Under the pieces are notes generated by a model. It saw only the letters and a list, made by a program, of their open reading frames with translations. It was not told where the DNA came from and ran no database searches. A program made the translations under genes and the position numbers. Below, piece by piece: positions 1 through 12,186 of a DNA stretch of 47,320 nt (positions are counted from its first letter, which is position 1; every line of letters begins with the position of its first letter). Where the stretch lies: contig NC_068992.1 of the NCBI RefSeq assembly GCF_001194135.2, forward strand, positions 45,357,500 to 45,404,819. The letters run 5' to 3'. This stretch comes from Octopus bimaculoides. Lineage: Eukaryota.

Positions 1-71
1 GAAGGAGGAAGTAGAAGAATAGGTGAGCAACGAGAGGAAAAGAGAAAGAGAGGAAAAACGAGGGGGAAAAA

Positions 72-150
72 GAGATACGTAGTAGTAACAGAGGAAGAAC
101 GAGAGGGGTAAAGCGAGATACGTAGTAGTACAGAGGAAGAACGAGGGGGT
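72..150. repeat. Two-copy ~43-bp tandem duplication in a purine-rich tract
   Basis: gagatacgtagtagt(a)acagaggaagaacgag(a/g)ggggt occurs twice in succession. Confidence 0.8.
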
Positions 151-937
151 GGAAGGAAAGAGAAAGAGATAGAGTAGCGTCGGAGGATATGAGTTACGAA
201 AACTACTTACATTTGGAAGATGCTGCGTTCAATCATGTAAAAACAAATAGTAAATGAGTATATGCATATATACGTACAGGTATGTGCATACCGACATCCA
301 CCTGTATGTATAGGTGCATAGCTCGGAGATTAATGGTGCGAAACCAATGGTCACTCTCTGACCGGCCATAACAACCTAATATATATATGTGTGTGTGTGT
401 GTTTGCATGTATGTATATAATGGCATTGCCACATGGCAATAGCATTGATTGATATATATTACACTCTGTTTGAAAGGAAATATTAAGCACTAATTTATTG
501 TCTTAAATCAGATTGGTTATTTGGATACAAATTACGTGATGCTTTTCAATATACCTTTGAGTCACACACATTTTGCCTATTAACGCGAAGTTTTATGTCT
601 CTAATAATTAAATATCAATTCATATTGAAAATCTTCCTTGAAGCAAGCAACAACACACAGCTACAAAATAAGGTAGATGGGTGATGTGATTATGGACAAA
701 CTCAAGGTTTGCTTTTAAGAAACTCCCCAGACATTAGAATAATTATTCGTGTGTGTATTTATGTGTGCGTGTGTTATATCTATACATATATGTATGCATG
801 TATGTATGTGTATATGCATGTACGGGTGTACACATGTATATATGAATTTCTATCCACCTATCCATCTATCTATCTGTCTAATTATCTATTTATCTATCTA
901 TCCGCAGTGTCACGCGCGCACATATGCGCAGACATAT

Positions 938-979
<42 letters not shown>

Positions 980-1008
980 ACACACACAGACATGCGCGCG
1001 CGCACACA

Positions 1009-1041
<33 letters not shown>

Positions 1042-1046
1042 CACAC
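938..1046. repeat. (CA)n microsatellite running into an assembly gap
   Basis: Direct reading; N run 1047-1466. Confidence 0.95.
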
Positions 1047-1466
1047 NNNNNNNNNNNNNNNNNNNNNNNNNNNNNNNNNNNNNNNNNNNNNNNNNNNNNN
1101 NNNNNNNNNNNNNNNNNNNNNNNNNNNNNNNNNNNNNNNNNNNNNNNNNNNNNNNNNNNNNNNNNNNNNNNNNNNNNNNNNNNNNNNNNNNNNNNNNNNN
1201 NNNNNNNNNNNNNNNNNNNNNNNNNNNNNNNNNNNNNNNNNNNNNNNNNNNNNNNNNNNNNNNNNNNNNNNNNNNNNNNNNNNNNNNNNNNNNNNNNNNN
1301 NNNNNNNNNNNNNNNNNNNNNNNNNNNNNNNNNNNNNNNNNNNNNNNNNNNNNNNNNNNNNNNNNNNNNNNNNNNNNNNNNNNNNNNNNNNNNNNNNNNN
1401 NNNNNNNNNNNNNNNNNNNNNNNNNNNNNNNNNNNNNNNNNNNNNNNNNNNNNNNNNNNNNNNNNN

Positions 1467-1521
<55 letters not shown>

Positions 1522-1543
1522 TCCTTTTTTTCTTTCTTTCTTT
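1467..1543. repeat. (CTTT)n microsatellite
   Basis: Direct reading. Confidence 0.95.
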
Positions 1544-1904
1544 TAAATAGGAGCAAACATTGTAATTAAACTATAGTATTAGGTCAAGTTAGTCAATGGC
1601 TGACCTACAAGAGTACAATATCGTTCAGACCTTTGCAAATCTTTCTAACTATTTTTTTTTATTTTTCTAAAATAAGTTAAAGAGTGCACCAGCAGGAAGT
1701 TTATATTGTCTCATAATTGCATTTCGAAATATTCTGACGTTTTTTCACCCTTCAAATTTCTAGCCTATTTTAATTGCTGCACAATTGTTACATAAATGTA
1801 TTATTTTGCAGATATTGCAAGAAGAAACTCTATTTATTGTCTTTAAAAGCCAAAATTTGAATTAATTATTTTCATTATTTCTAACATCAAAATACATATG
1901 GTTG

Positions 1905-2030
1905 TGATGCATGTGTCCTGGTAGACCCTCATCAGACGGGTAGTCACGATGGGTATATTGGACTTCGTATATTTTACCCCAGTGTCAATTTGATGGCATG
2001 CACTGCTCTCTCACTCAATAATTAATAATA
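1905..2030 (+). mobile_element. Probable 3' tail of a non-LTR retroelement ending in (AAT)n, possibly R4/Dong-like
   Basis: ...gatggcatgcactgctctctcactc followed by aataat repeats; family recalled from octopus repeats, not verified. Confidence 0.4.
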
Positions 2031-2229
2031 ATAATAATAGCTTCAAATTTTGGCACCAGGCCATCAATTTTAGTGGTGGGGCGGATAAGTAGATTACATC
2101 GACCCCAGCGTTCAATCGATACTTATTTTATCGACCTGGATTTCATCGGGATTCGATCATGGAATGTAGAGACGGTTCAAATGCCGTTACAGATTACGTC
2201 TGCATGCTAACGATTCTGCCAGATCACCG
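2024..2229 (-). mobile_element. tRNA-derived SINE family A, internally deleted copy
   Basis: Minus strand reads cggtgatctggcagaatcgttagc...ggtcgataaaataagt...ggggtcgatgtaatc...ggcctggtgccaaaatttgaag, collinear with the copies at 2265 and 30297. Confidence 0.8.
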
Positions 2230-2264
2230 ATGGTTACTGTTTCAATATTTCTATAACTACCAAA

Positions 2265-2472
2265 GTGGTAAGCTAGCAGAATCGTTAGCACTCCAGACAA
2301 AACGCTTAGCAGCATTTCCACCATCCTTACGTTCTGAGTTCAAATTCCGCCGAGGTCGACTTTACATTTCTTCCTTTTGTTGTCGTTAAAAAAAGTACTT
2401 GTTGAGTACTGGGGCCGATGTAATCGACTTACTCCTCCGAAATTGCTGGTCTTGTGCCCAGATTCGAAACAA
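2265..2472 (+). mobile_element. tRNA-derived SINE family A
   Basis: A-box-like tagcagaatcgttag, B-box gagttcaaattcc, body ggtcgacttt...gatgtaatcgact, tail gctggtcttgtgcccagattcgaaac. Confidence 0.88.
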
Positions 2473-4522
2473 ATATTTCTATTACTGCTGCTTTTTAATA
2501 ATTACATGATACCGAGTTCTTTATAAACTAGCTTTTTAATGTTATCTGAGTAAAGTAAGGGCGAGTCCACAGTATCTACTCCTTCAAACCCTGTCGTTTT
2601 ATTGAAGGCTAGTTTTGATAGTGCAATCGTCCTAGATACAATATATTGTATTTTCCGGCACACGATTCTCTGTCGTTTGTAAACATGTAGTGAAACATTC
2701 AAATATGGTCGTTATTTTTCCAAATGCTGCTGAATTTCACATGGAATTTATTTCTGTTCCTCCAAAGTAGTTTTTGTTCCAAAAGTGGCGCTCTGATTTA
2801 AATTTAAATTTTGATCCGAAAATTTTGAATTATATACTGTAAAATACAGTATGAGGGAAGAAAGACAGGCGGGTAAGACTCTACGTGTACTACTTTGATC
2901 ATAAGTCTGTTTAATTAAAAAAAGACGCAGGTCTGAACAGCAACAACAGCACTAGTCGTGACAGCAACATATAGACAACCCGAAAATATAATTTTCTTTA
3001 TTTAAGAGGCATATATGGGTTCCATCTATTGCTACAAGCTTTATAAGATCCGTCAGTCTTTTCATTGATATTTCAAAATATTGTCAGTTGGACCATCAAT
3101 ATCTGCTGCTTGTTCAAAACAGAAAAACCTTCACTGACCATCTAAACAAATGTCCAGTCTGTGGCCGCTTTTATTCACTGTACAGCACAGAATGGTTCTG
3201 AACATCAAATGATGCGAAAATATAATTTAACATTGAAATTTTACGAGCAGTTAATGATTTCTTACAAACATGATATTGTAAAAGTATTTGGCGCCATTTC
3301 AAAAAGGTCATCTTTTCTTACGTTGACCTCTTATAATTGCATCCTTCACCCTTTACTAACCCATATGCCCAACCTTGATTTAAACATAGATCTACATGTA
3401 CCTAACTACTATAATTGCACTTTTATTGTCTATAATCTGAAGCAGAACAGTTGAACAAAATTGTAGTAAAACAACGGTGATGTTATAAGATGTAAATGGC
3501 TTGAACAGAGTGATTTCTGTTATATATTCTGAAATAAAAGCACCCATTATCATTTTAGTATAATATGATTGTTCTCATTTATCTTCGAGATCTTATCATC
3601 TCCTGAGAATTACTTTTTATTTTTATCCAATAGATACGGATAGTTTTCGTGTCAAACAGTAATGGCTTCCTCAATTTCGACCAGAACTAATAGTAACTCA
3701 TACTCCCTCATTGCTTTATGTCACAAAGAAAATATCAGAAAAGTAATTTTTTTTTTCATTTTCGTGTGCTTTGCTATACATTGATATCTAAGCAAACTTT
3801 AAAGTCACAGTCGTTTGTATATAAACCAAGCCGGAGTAGATTGATGGGAAGTTATATATAGTGTGATATATAGCGGTGTGTGACTAGATAGATTTTTTTA
3901 CAGTAACTGACACAAATCATTTAGAAGAAAAGAAAGAAAATTTCAAAACTAATAACCAGTCAATTACCTCTAATCACATTGGGAAGACAAATCACTACTT
4001 GTGTTAGCATTCTCATTAACCTTTTACTGTGAAAATCAGATAATTTCACACAGCTATTTTCTCGGATGAATCTTACCTATGATGCATTTCCTATTCACTA
4101 TAAATATCTGAAAGAAATTTAAGAATCACAGAATATCCCGAATAACAAATACATTCCCTTGGCTTTATCTTTTTGCTTATATACAAAATCGGTAAAATGT
4201 TTCGTGTTCAATTAAGATCTCTGAATGTATGAACTGATGACTGTGTCTGTATCTGTATCACAGAATTAATTCGAAACTGTGTTGAAGAATAAATTTGATT
4301 GTACAAACACAGTCATTGATACTTCGGTAGCCCATTCACGGATAATACCTTCCATTAAGGTTCATACATTTCTCTTTTACATCCCGAACATAATTAAAGC
4401 AACATTTTACTAATGCACTTAATTTATATTGGTCAAATATTTTGAGAAACCGTTACCATTAGCGAAAATTTGTAGAACATATAGTTGCTAAATTGTTTAA
4501 TTGTTCAATTTGCTAATTGCGG

Positions 4523-4523
<1 letters not shown>

Positions 4524-4573
<50 letters not shown>

Positions 4574-4700
4574 TGTATATATATATGCATCTATGTATGT
4601 TTGTATGCATGTATGTATATATGTATGTATTTCTCTCTCTCCATGTACATATGTATTTGTGTATGTTTGAGTGAGTGCATATATATATATATATATATAT
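4524..4700. repeat. (TA)n and (TATG)n simple repeats
   Basis: Direct reading. Confidence 0.9.
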
Positions 4701-6633
4701 ATCAATGACTGTGAAGTAATTAGCGTAAAAGGGAAATTAGTCGTTCACATAAATTCGGTATTATTTGGTGAGAGTTTTAAGTAAAATAGCTAATATTCGA
4801 TTAATTGGCTTCCCTTGAATGACAATGAGACCACACGTATAAGTGCTTACTTATGTCATGGAAAACCGTCAATTTCTACAGGAAACTGTATACACAATTG
4901 AATACATACCAGTAATATTCTGGATAATAATGGAACTTAATTATCGAACGTAATGGTGGCGAGAGTAAGTGAATTGTGAAGTCGATTCGAAATGACTTTG
5001 AAGTGAGAACCTGCGTAACTAATCGCTTTGACTTATTATTATTTCTGGCTATTCCACAATAACTGTGCAAACAGCATCATAAATAGTATCGGTAGTTTGA
5101 ATCTAAAGCTCCAGTGTTTTATTACAACTTATTATATTCGGACTAGTGTTCTCATATGGTAGTGGATATACGTATTGTTTAAATGTAGTAAGTTTAGCAA
5201 CGGGGAATAAGCTCATTCGCTGGGTCAATCAAATAAAATATTGTTTAAGTATACAGTAAGTAACATCACAAATAGGTTAGACTAAACAATGGACGGGGAC
5301 GAGTTCAACCACTGGGTCAGCCAATATATACTATAATCACAAATAGGAAAAATATCCCTCATATAAACAGCAGCATGAGAATAATCTGTACATTTGGACG
5401 TAATAACGATCACAGTACGAAATTCTAAGAAAGCTCCTAAACAGTACAAGAATTATCTTAAGAAATCCGAGACGTAACAGTAGTTATTGTGACAATAACT
5501 ACCAAAATGAAGTGGCTAATGTGAATATATCAACGTGTAGTAAGGATGATTCGCCAACCCAAGCAATTCCACACAAACTTCTAATCTGTTTGCCTGATGT
5601 GTCAATTCTAATTTTATTTACTTCATGACACACTGCTTTCGTAGTTTGGTTCAATCTTTGCACCTAACCATGATTGTATCTTCAATAAGTTTTACTGACA
5701 GGAATATTCGATACTTAGGTAAGCTTAAGTAATCGATTAGCTGTTCAATATCATAACAACTGGGTCAGCTGCAATTTTCAGATTATGTAGAGAAATGATT
5801 GATTAGTAATAATAAATTAGAAGATATTGCATAGCGGCTGAGTGAGTAGCGTATCAGACAGATAACAGCTGTATCGATGTAAGAGTAGAAATAATATACA
5901 CAGCTTGAGTAGATATCGCTACCACTGCAAGCTGCATGAGTTTTATCACAGATCCCCATAATAATTATCCGTTAGTATCAGCAATAAGCATATCGTAGTT
6001 CGTCAATTGAATATCTACTCATAAAGTGAAAGTATGATTGGCTGAGTATTCCACAGAAATGCTTACTCTTAATGTAATGTTCAAGCCGAATGAAAATGAA
6101 ATGTTATACTGCTTGACTTTTGAGTAACAAACACAAATGCTTTGTGAAAGGAAAGGTGAGAAGAATCTATTCTAGACAAGTCTGGCAATCCCCAAAAAGA
6201 TGAGAGGAAAAGATTACTTCTGTAGGATTTGAACTCAATATGCAGAGAGCTGGAACATATATTGTAAGGCCTTCTATCTGATAAAGATAGAAATCACAGT
6301 GTAGTATAGCTCTAGATATACAATGACTGAATTTAAGATAAAATAATCAAATTAGAATACCCTTGATTAGAGGTATTTTTCTTTACCAGGAACGATTTGA
6401 GAACGAACATCAACAGCTAAAATATAAAACACTAAGTGATTTAGTTAAGAGTTTCAATAGATATTATGGTGTGATTAAATTCAGAACAAAGAGGTTGGAC
6501 AATGTTTACCACTCTGTGATTTGTATAGAACAAATGTAACAAAGTTGGTAAAATTCATCTGAGAAGTTAACATGTATTTTCAATCTCTCATGGTTCGGCT
6601 CGGTAAGAGATATATATCCATGATTCCATGATT

Positions 6634-6696
6634 CCATGTGGCGAGGCCGAATCCGGGACTTCATGATTACGAAGCGAATTTCTTAACCACTAGGCC
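6634..6696 (-). mobile_element. Isolated tRNA-like SINE head, probably of the CORE-type family
   Basis: Minus strand ggcctagtggttaagaaattcgcttcgtaatcatgaagtcccggattcggcctcgccacatgg has A-box and degenerate B-box. Confidence 0.5.
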
Positions 6697-7371
6697 CTTA
6701 CATTACGACTGCGAATCTAGGGAAGAATTATTAAATTCGATACATAGAAAACTTAATTGTTTTAGAAAGTGTAAAAGTTCTCGAGAAATCCTTTTTCCGT
6801 GGAAATATCAGGAACCAAAAATCCGATGAAAGAAGACAGTGTGACAAATATAATTAGCAAAAACAGAAGCCTGTCAGTGAAAATAGAGTTGTTGAATAGT
6901 TTTATGGAAGAAGAATGCCTGAAGCTGAATAGCTACAATGCTATAGGGAGATACGTTCTGAATGTATTAAGAATGTTTCGCTGTTTATAAACGCTAACAG
7001 AAGGCATGTTGCTTTGTTAAATATTCTGCTAGCTTGAACAACACAAAACCTTGTTGAAAGTATGTTCTCGTATTACATTTTCACAAAAGCTGAGATATGT
7101 ACTGATATTGTGTATAGAGTAGGATAAAACATTCTATTACAAGGGTTTAGGTCTTTTCACAAATAAATCTTAGAGAATGACTGTATGAAGAAATATAATT
7201 TCGCTAAATATTGTTTTCCTCCTATATCCAGAGCGGAGGGTTCAATTGTACGTCAAAATATATTATAGTGTGTCTTGATGGAAACATTAAACCTGTTGGC
7301 TACGAAATATCTGGAGTTTTGTTGCTATTTTTCCTTTACATACGTCATAAAAACATATATTATACGTGCAA

Positions 7372-7727
7372 GCGCAACGGCCCAGTGGTCGTAGGGACGC
7401 GGTTTCGATTCTCAGACCATGCGTTATGAGTGTTTATTGAGAGAAAACACCTAAAGCACCACGAGGCTCCAGCAGGGAGTGGTGGCGAACCCTGCTGTAC
7501 TCTTTCACCACGACTTTCTCTCACTCTTTTTTCCTGTTTCTGTGGTACCTCTATTTCAAAGGACCAGGCTTGTCACATTCTGTGTCACTCTGAATCTCCC
7601 CGAGAACTGCGTTAAGAGTACACGTGTCTGTGGAGTGCTCAGCCACTTGCACGTTAATTTCACGAGTAGGCTGTTCCGTTGATCGGACCAACTGGAACCC
7701 TCTTCGTCGTAACCAACGGAGTGCTAC
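7372..7727 (+). mobile_element. tRNA(Arg)-like SINE family B, near full length, ~20-nt deletion in the head
   Basis: gcgcaacggcccagtggt...ggtttcgattctcagacc head; body and tail (gttgatcggaccaactggaaccctc...ggagtgc) collinear with copies at 12187 and 43521. Confidence 0.9.
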
Positions 7728-7752
7728 GATATAAAAAAATATATATTATTTT

Positions 7753-7798
<46 letters not shown>

Positions 7799-8007
7799 NN
7801 NNNNNNNNNNNNNNNNNNNNNNNNNNNNNNNNNNNNNNNNNNNNNNNNNNNNNNNNNNNNNNNNNNNNNNNNNNNNNNNNNNNNNNNNNNNNNNNNNNNN
7901 NNNNNNNNNNNNNNNNNNNNNNNNNNNNNNNNNNNNNNNNNNNNNNNNNNNNNNNNNNNNNNNNNNNNNNNNNNNNNNNNNNNNNNNNNNNNNNNNNNNN
8001 NNNNNNA

Positions 8008-8222
8008 AACGTTAGCACGCCGGGCGAAATGCTTAACGGTATTTCGTCTGCCGCTACGTTCTGAGTTCAAATTCCGCCGAGGTCGACTTTGCCTTTCATC
8101 CTTTCGGGGTCGATTAAATAAGTACCAGTTACGCACTGGGGTCGGTATTATCGACTTAATCCGTTTGTCTGTCCTTGTTTGTCCCCTCTGTGTGTAGCCC
8201 CTTGTGGGTAGTAAAGAAATAA
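8008..8222 (+). mobile_element. SINE family A with an alternative 3' tail; 5' end lost in the gap
   Basis: gttagcacgccgggcgaaatgctt...gagttcaaattccgccgaggtcgactttgcctttcatcc; tail aatccgtttgtctgtccttgtttgtcccc differs from the 2265 copy. Confidence 0.9.
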
Positions 8223-8224
8223 CA

Positions 8225-8392
8225 CATATACGATCTTCTTCCAGTTTCCGTCTACCAGATCCACTCACAAGTCTTTCATCTACCCGAGGTTATAGTAGAC
8301 GACAGTTGCCCAAGGTGCCACGCAGTGGGACTGAATCCAGGACCATGTTGTTGGTAAGCAAGCTACTAAGCACAAAGCCACTGCTGTGCCTA
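8225..8392 (-). mobile_element. CORE-type SINE (OR2-like), 5' part
   Basis: Minus strand: tRNA head then gcgtggcaccttgggcaactgtcgtctactataacc...gtgagtggatctggtagacggaaactg; accttgggcaa resembles the CORE/MIR segment; homologous to 22500-22823. Confidence 0.78.
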
Positions 8393-9919
8393 TATATAGA
8401 AAATTATGAACGAGAGAGAGAAAGTAAAAATGCATTCAAAGGATTACAAATTTAAATAATAGAAAATTAACTACTTTCCTCCCCACTCACACACTAAAAT
8501 ATTTTCTCACTTTGAGTAAAATACTTTTTTCCACAATTTATGACTTATACATTGGATTCGTTTTGAATGACACGCAGACATCTTTGTATAGTCAAATCTG
8601 AAAGAAAAAGAATTTAGATCTTGTACGGAGATTGGGAAAATTCGTCTTTGGAATTCCTTTGAAAAGCTCAATATTAATATCTGTGAAAGAATGTAAATTA
8701 GCTGTAGAAAATATAGTACTTGAGACGAATTAAGGCGGAGGTTTAAAGAAATAGATGTGATTTGTGTCACTATACAAACAAAGAAATCACTTGATTAATG
8801 ACAATAGCTATGTGATTGCGTGGCAAAAAGTGTTAGACCTAAAATCTGTATCACACTTCATTAAAAAAAATTTCTCTGTTTGCATGTTGAGTATATATAT
8901 ANNNNNNNNNNNNNNNNNNNNNNNNNNNNNNNNNNNNNNNNNNNNNNNNNNNNNNNNNNNNNNNNNNNNNNNNNNNNNNNNNNNNNNNNNNNNNNNNNNN
9001 NNNNNNNNNNNNNNNNNNNNNNNNNNNNNNNNNNNNNNNNNNNNNNNNNNNNNNNNNNNNNNNNNNNNNNNNNNNNNNNNNNNNNNNNNNNNNNNNNNNN
9101 NNNNNNNNNNNNNNNNNNNNNNNNNNNNNNNNNNNNNNNNNNNNNNNAGAGAGAGAGAGATGTATGTGTTTATAATCATAATTTAAAATTATATCACCTC
9201 TATTTTCTATCATAAACGTCATTTTAAATCAATATGATACAATAGATTTTTCAAACTTATTTAGTTCTAACACAAAAGGATTTGGGGGATTGTATGAAAA
9301 TTTTATTCCTATAATATAAAAATTCTGGATATTGAATACTTTTTATTGTTATTTTGTAGGGTGAAAGTCATGTGAATTTACTAATAGGAGGTAGCTTTGA
9401 AAAAACATTGTTTCACCTTAAATTTCATTTAAATATTTCTCTGCATCTTACTCTATTATATATTCGAAGTTTGTCTTCGAGATAGTGTTATCATTGTTAA
9501 GCTAAATGGTATTTTTCATTTGCGTCTTTATAACATGAATGACAGAATAAACTAATAAATACCACTCGGTTTTCATTTTATGATATCTAACAAAGAAATT
9601 TGGAAGATAATTAACTAAAGTAATTTCCAGGAACGCGGGTCGGGATGAGCGGAGTAGTCTTCTTCTGTGACATCAGTTTTCATGATAAGTACTATGATCA
9701 TAATTCTACAAATCATATCGCCATCACTTCAACTTCTTAGGGACAACAGGCGTATCTCTCTCATCTTACACTCTCCTATCATTTTATTATCTTTTAGTCA
9801 AAAGGGAAGGCAGTGTCCATGACCCTTTACAAGGCCTCTGGTGTAGCGGGGGGCTGATATCCTTAAATTAGAGGCCTGACTTGAATGATTGAATACGTGT
9901 AGGCGACTATTAAGTCCAA

Positions 9920-10145
9920 AATCAACGTAGGCCACGACAGAATTTGAACTCACTAAACAAAGAGCAAGAACAAATACTGCAAATTATCCATTCCAACGTT
10001 CTCACAGTTCCAACAACCAATCGCCTAGACAGGTACTTTCTTTAATCAACCCTGACAGATGAAAGGTGGGATTTGAACTCAGCGCGTGAGGAGTCAGAAC
10101 AAATGCTGTGAATCATTCTATCCAACGCCCTAACAGTTTAACCAA
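9920..10145 (-). mobile_element. Two tandem degenerate SINE family A heads
   Basis: Two reverse B-boxes (gaatttgaactc, ggatttgaactc) with family-A-like flanks (gatgaaagg). Confidence 0.55.
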
Positions 10146-11845
10146 TTTACTGAATTAAACTGAATTCGCGCCCAAGTTGCAATGTGTCTGAATAAAATAG
10201 AGGGACTTCTTTTATTATAGTTTGCTCGATCAGGTTTGATCGTGAGCTCAATAACATCAACAATATGACCCTATATAAATTTCAACAATATCCAACTCGC
10301 TTCATTCTCTTGGTTCATTCTCATTCTCTGAAACCAAGCCATAATATAAAAGATTCCATTCTGTGTAATGTATATTCTGTAGAAAACATTCTCTGCAATG
10401 ATTATTCTGTTTTCTATTCAGCTGTGTTATTTTATGATGAATACTATTTCAATAGCGTTATTTGATCAAACCCTCTGCTACCGTTTCTGGAGCTATCCCA
10501 TCTAATGTAGTTTTATGTGTGTACATATAATGAAACCTGATGGTTCCGTGCAGGACATGCATAGGTAGCGTCTATAAAGGAAGTAGAAGTCTGGCGTAGG
10601 TGACAACTATTATAGTATTTGCAGCTTACATGTGAACATTTACATTATGTTAGTAACACTTAAAATCTTTTCAGTAAATATGTGTGTAGGTGTGTGTAGG
10701 TTGGGGTGATTCCCATGTTATACTATTAACAGTGTCTTATTCTATTAGATAATGACGAAAATCCTATACACAATATTATAGGTTAGTTTTCAAAGTGTTA
10801 TGTATGACATGTGATTGCAGTAGCAATCGTAGAACATTCTATGGTAGTGTAAAGCAAAACTAAATATACACAGCGAAAATAAATATTCAGGAAGCAATAT
10901 AAGATAGGCTTTGTGAAGGATTCCATTTAAAAAAGCATCATAAATGCACATAAATCAATTTACTAGCACAAACGATAGCTATATTTTCTCTTTAAATCAT
11001 TGAATACAAACCTAAAAAAAGCTACAACTGTTTAACGATGGTCATAAATGTTGATTAAGTGCATTTATCATACATGTTTAAAAGGAAGATTTTTAATGAA
11101 ATCCTAGATGAATAATACATAATATTAATTTTCAAAATATTTTCCTTAATATATGCAGATTAAAACCAAAGCTGAGACGAAAGAGCTAATCCTCAGGGAG
11201 AAGTAAAACAAAATAGTAACTGTATGGTTGGAGTGGTTATTGTTGTTTCTAGATTAGTGTGGTGGTTGCATAGAGAAGAAGCAAAGATGCGTACTGGAAT
11301 ACTGATAAAATAACCTGAGCATTTTTTACTATCACTAATGATACTTGGCTGCATTAGAAGGAGAGATAGTGTTGGAAGTTGCTGAAATCGTTGTGATCTC
11401 TAATCAGTATCTTATGAACGGAAATTCCTGTAGTGCGAGTTGTAATATACATACCATACCTATACACATACATATATGTATGAGTGTAGTTGCTGTTCAT
11501 TATCAACCTGACATCACACTTTCTGAACCGACAGTCCTTACTCCCGCCCTTCGATGCCACACGGTAACATCTATCGTTCGCTTTTACCATAGCTCATCTC
11601 TATCATTATCCAACGGTAGAGAGTCTGAAATATGGAGAACCAGAATTTCAGTCATGCCAATGTACGTTATCGGGTTGTTATTACACTTCGTGTATATGTA
11701 TTTGATCTCGGCCTCTATGTTACAGAATCCATCTAGTGGATATGCCAACTCCATGTGCGACGTAGACTAATTTATAATCTATTTTGTTTGCGTTACTGTT
11801 AAAACCAATCTAAAGGATGTAGCTTCTGAAACATCTGTCCTAAGT

Positions 11846-11902
11846 GAAAGAAAGCCTTCCTGAAATTGATAAATATTATCAATTCCAGGAAAGCTTTATT
11901 TC
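11846..11902 (-). other. 57-nt near-perfect hairpin (22-bp core arms, 3-nt loop)
   Basis: 11851-11872 aaagccttcctgaaattgataa versus 11876-11897 ttatcaattccaggaaagcttt; plus GAAA/TTTC extension after one mismatch. Confidence 0.8.
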
Positions 11903-12186
11903 TGGTCCTTTGTTCGTCTATGGGTACAGAGAAACTCCCTAATATTCGCTTGCTTTTGTGCTCAGCGTTCCTACATATTCGTAATAGAATATACGATAAA
12001 AATTTTCGTTAAATATACTAATTCTTACACGAATTCTACTATATGTCTATAGTATGTCGTTCTTTCTAGCGCTTGTATAACCGAGAATGTTGTCCCTCAT
12101 GTACCCTAGACGTTTCTGAGATGTCTGGCCTAAATCAAATAGCTTTAACCTTTTTTCTATTTCTTTTATTTCAACTTTGCTATCAT

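Noticed and set aside
4227-4290. CTGATGA...GAAAC hammerhead-like order with a CTGTG/CACAG stem
   Set aside because: Nine extra nt before GAAA and no stem I pairing.
6826-6990. ISKNRSLSVKIELLNSF, faintly like RTE post-RT sequence
   Set aside because: Too short and weak to call without a profile search.
9833-9877. AGGCCTCT/AGAGGCCT 8-bp inverted repeat
   Set aside because: Short stem with a long loop; expected by chance.
11345-11770. 141-aa plus-strand ORF
   Set aside because: Runs through a TA/CA-rich stretch (HTIPIHIHIC) and has no recognisable domain.
12095-12135. Minus-strand GAAACGTC resembling a hammerhead 3' half
   Set aside because: No CTGANGA core upstream.
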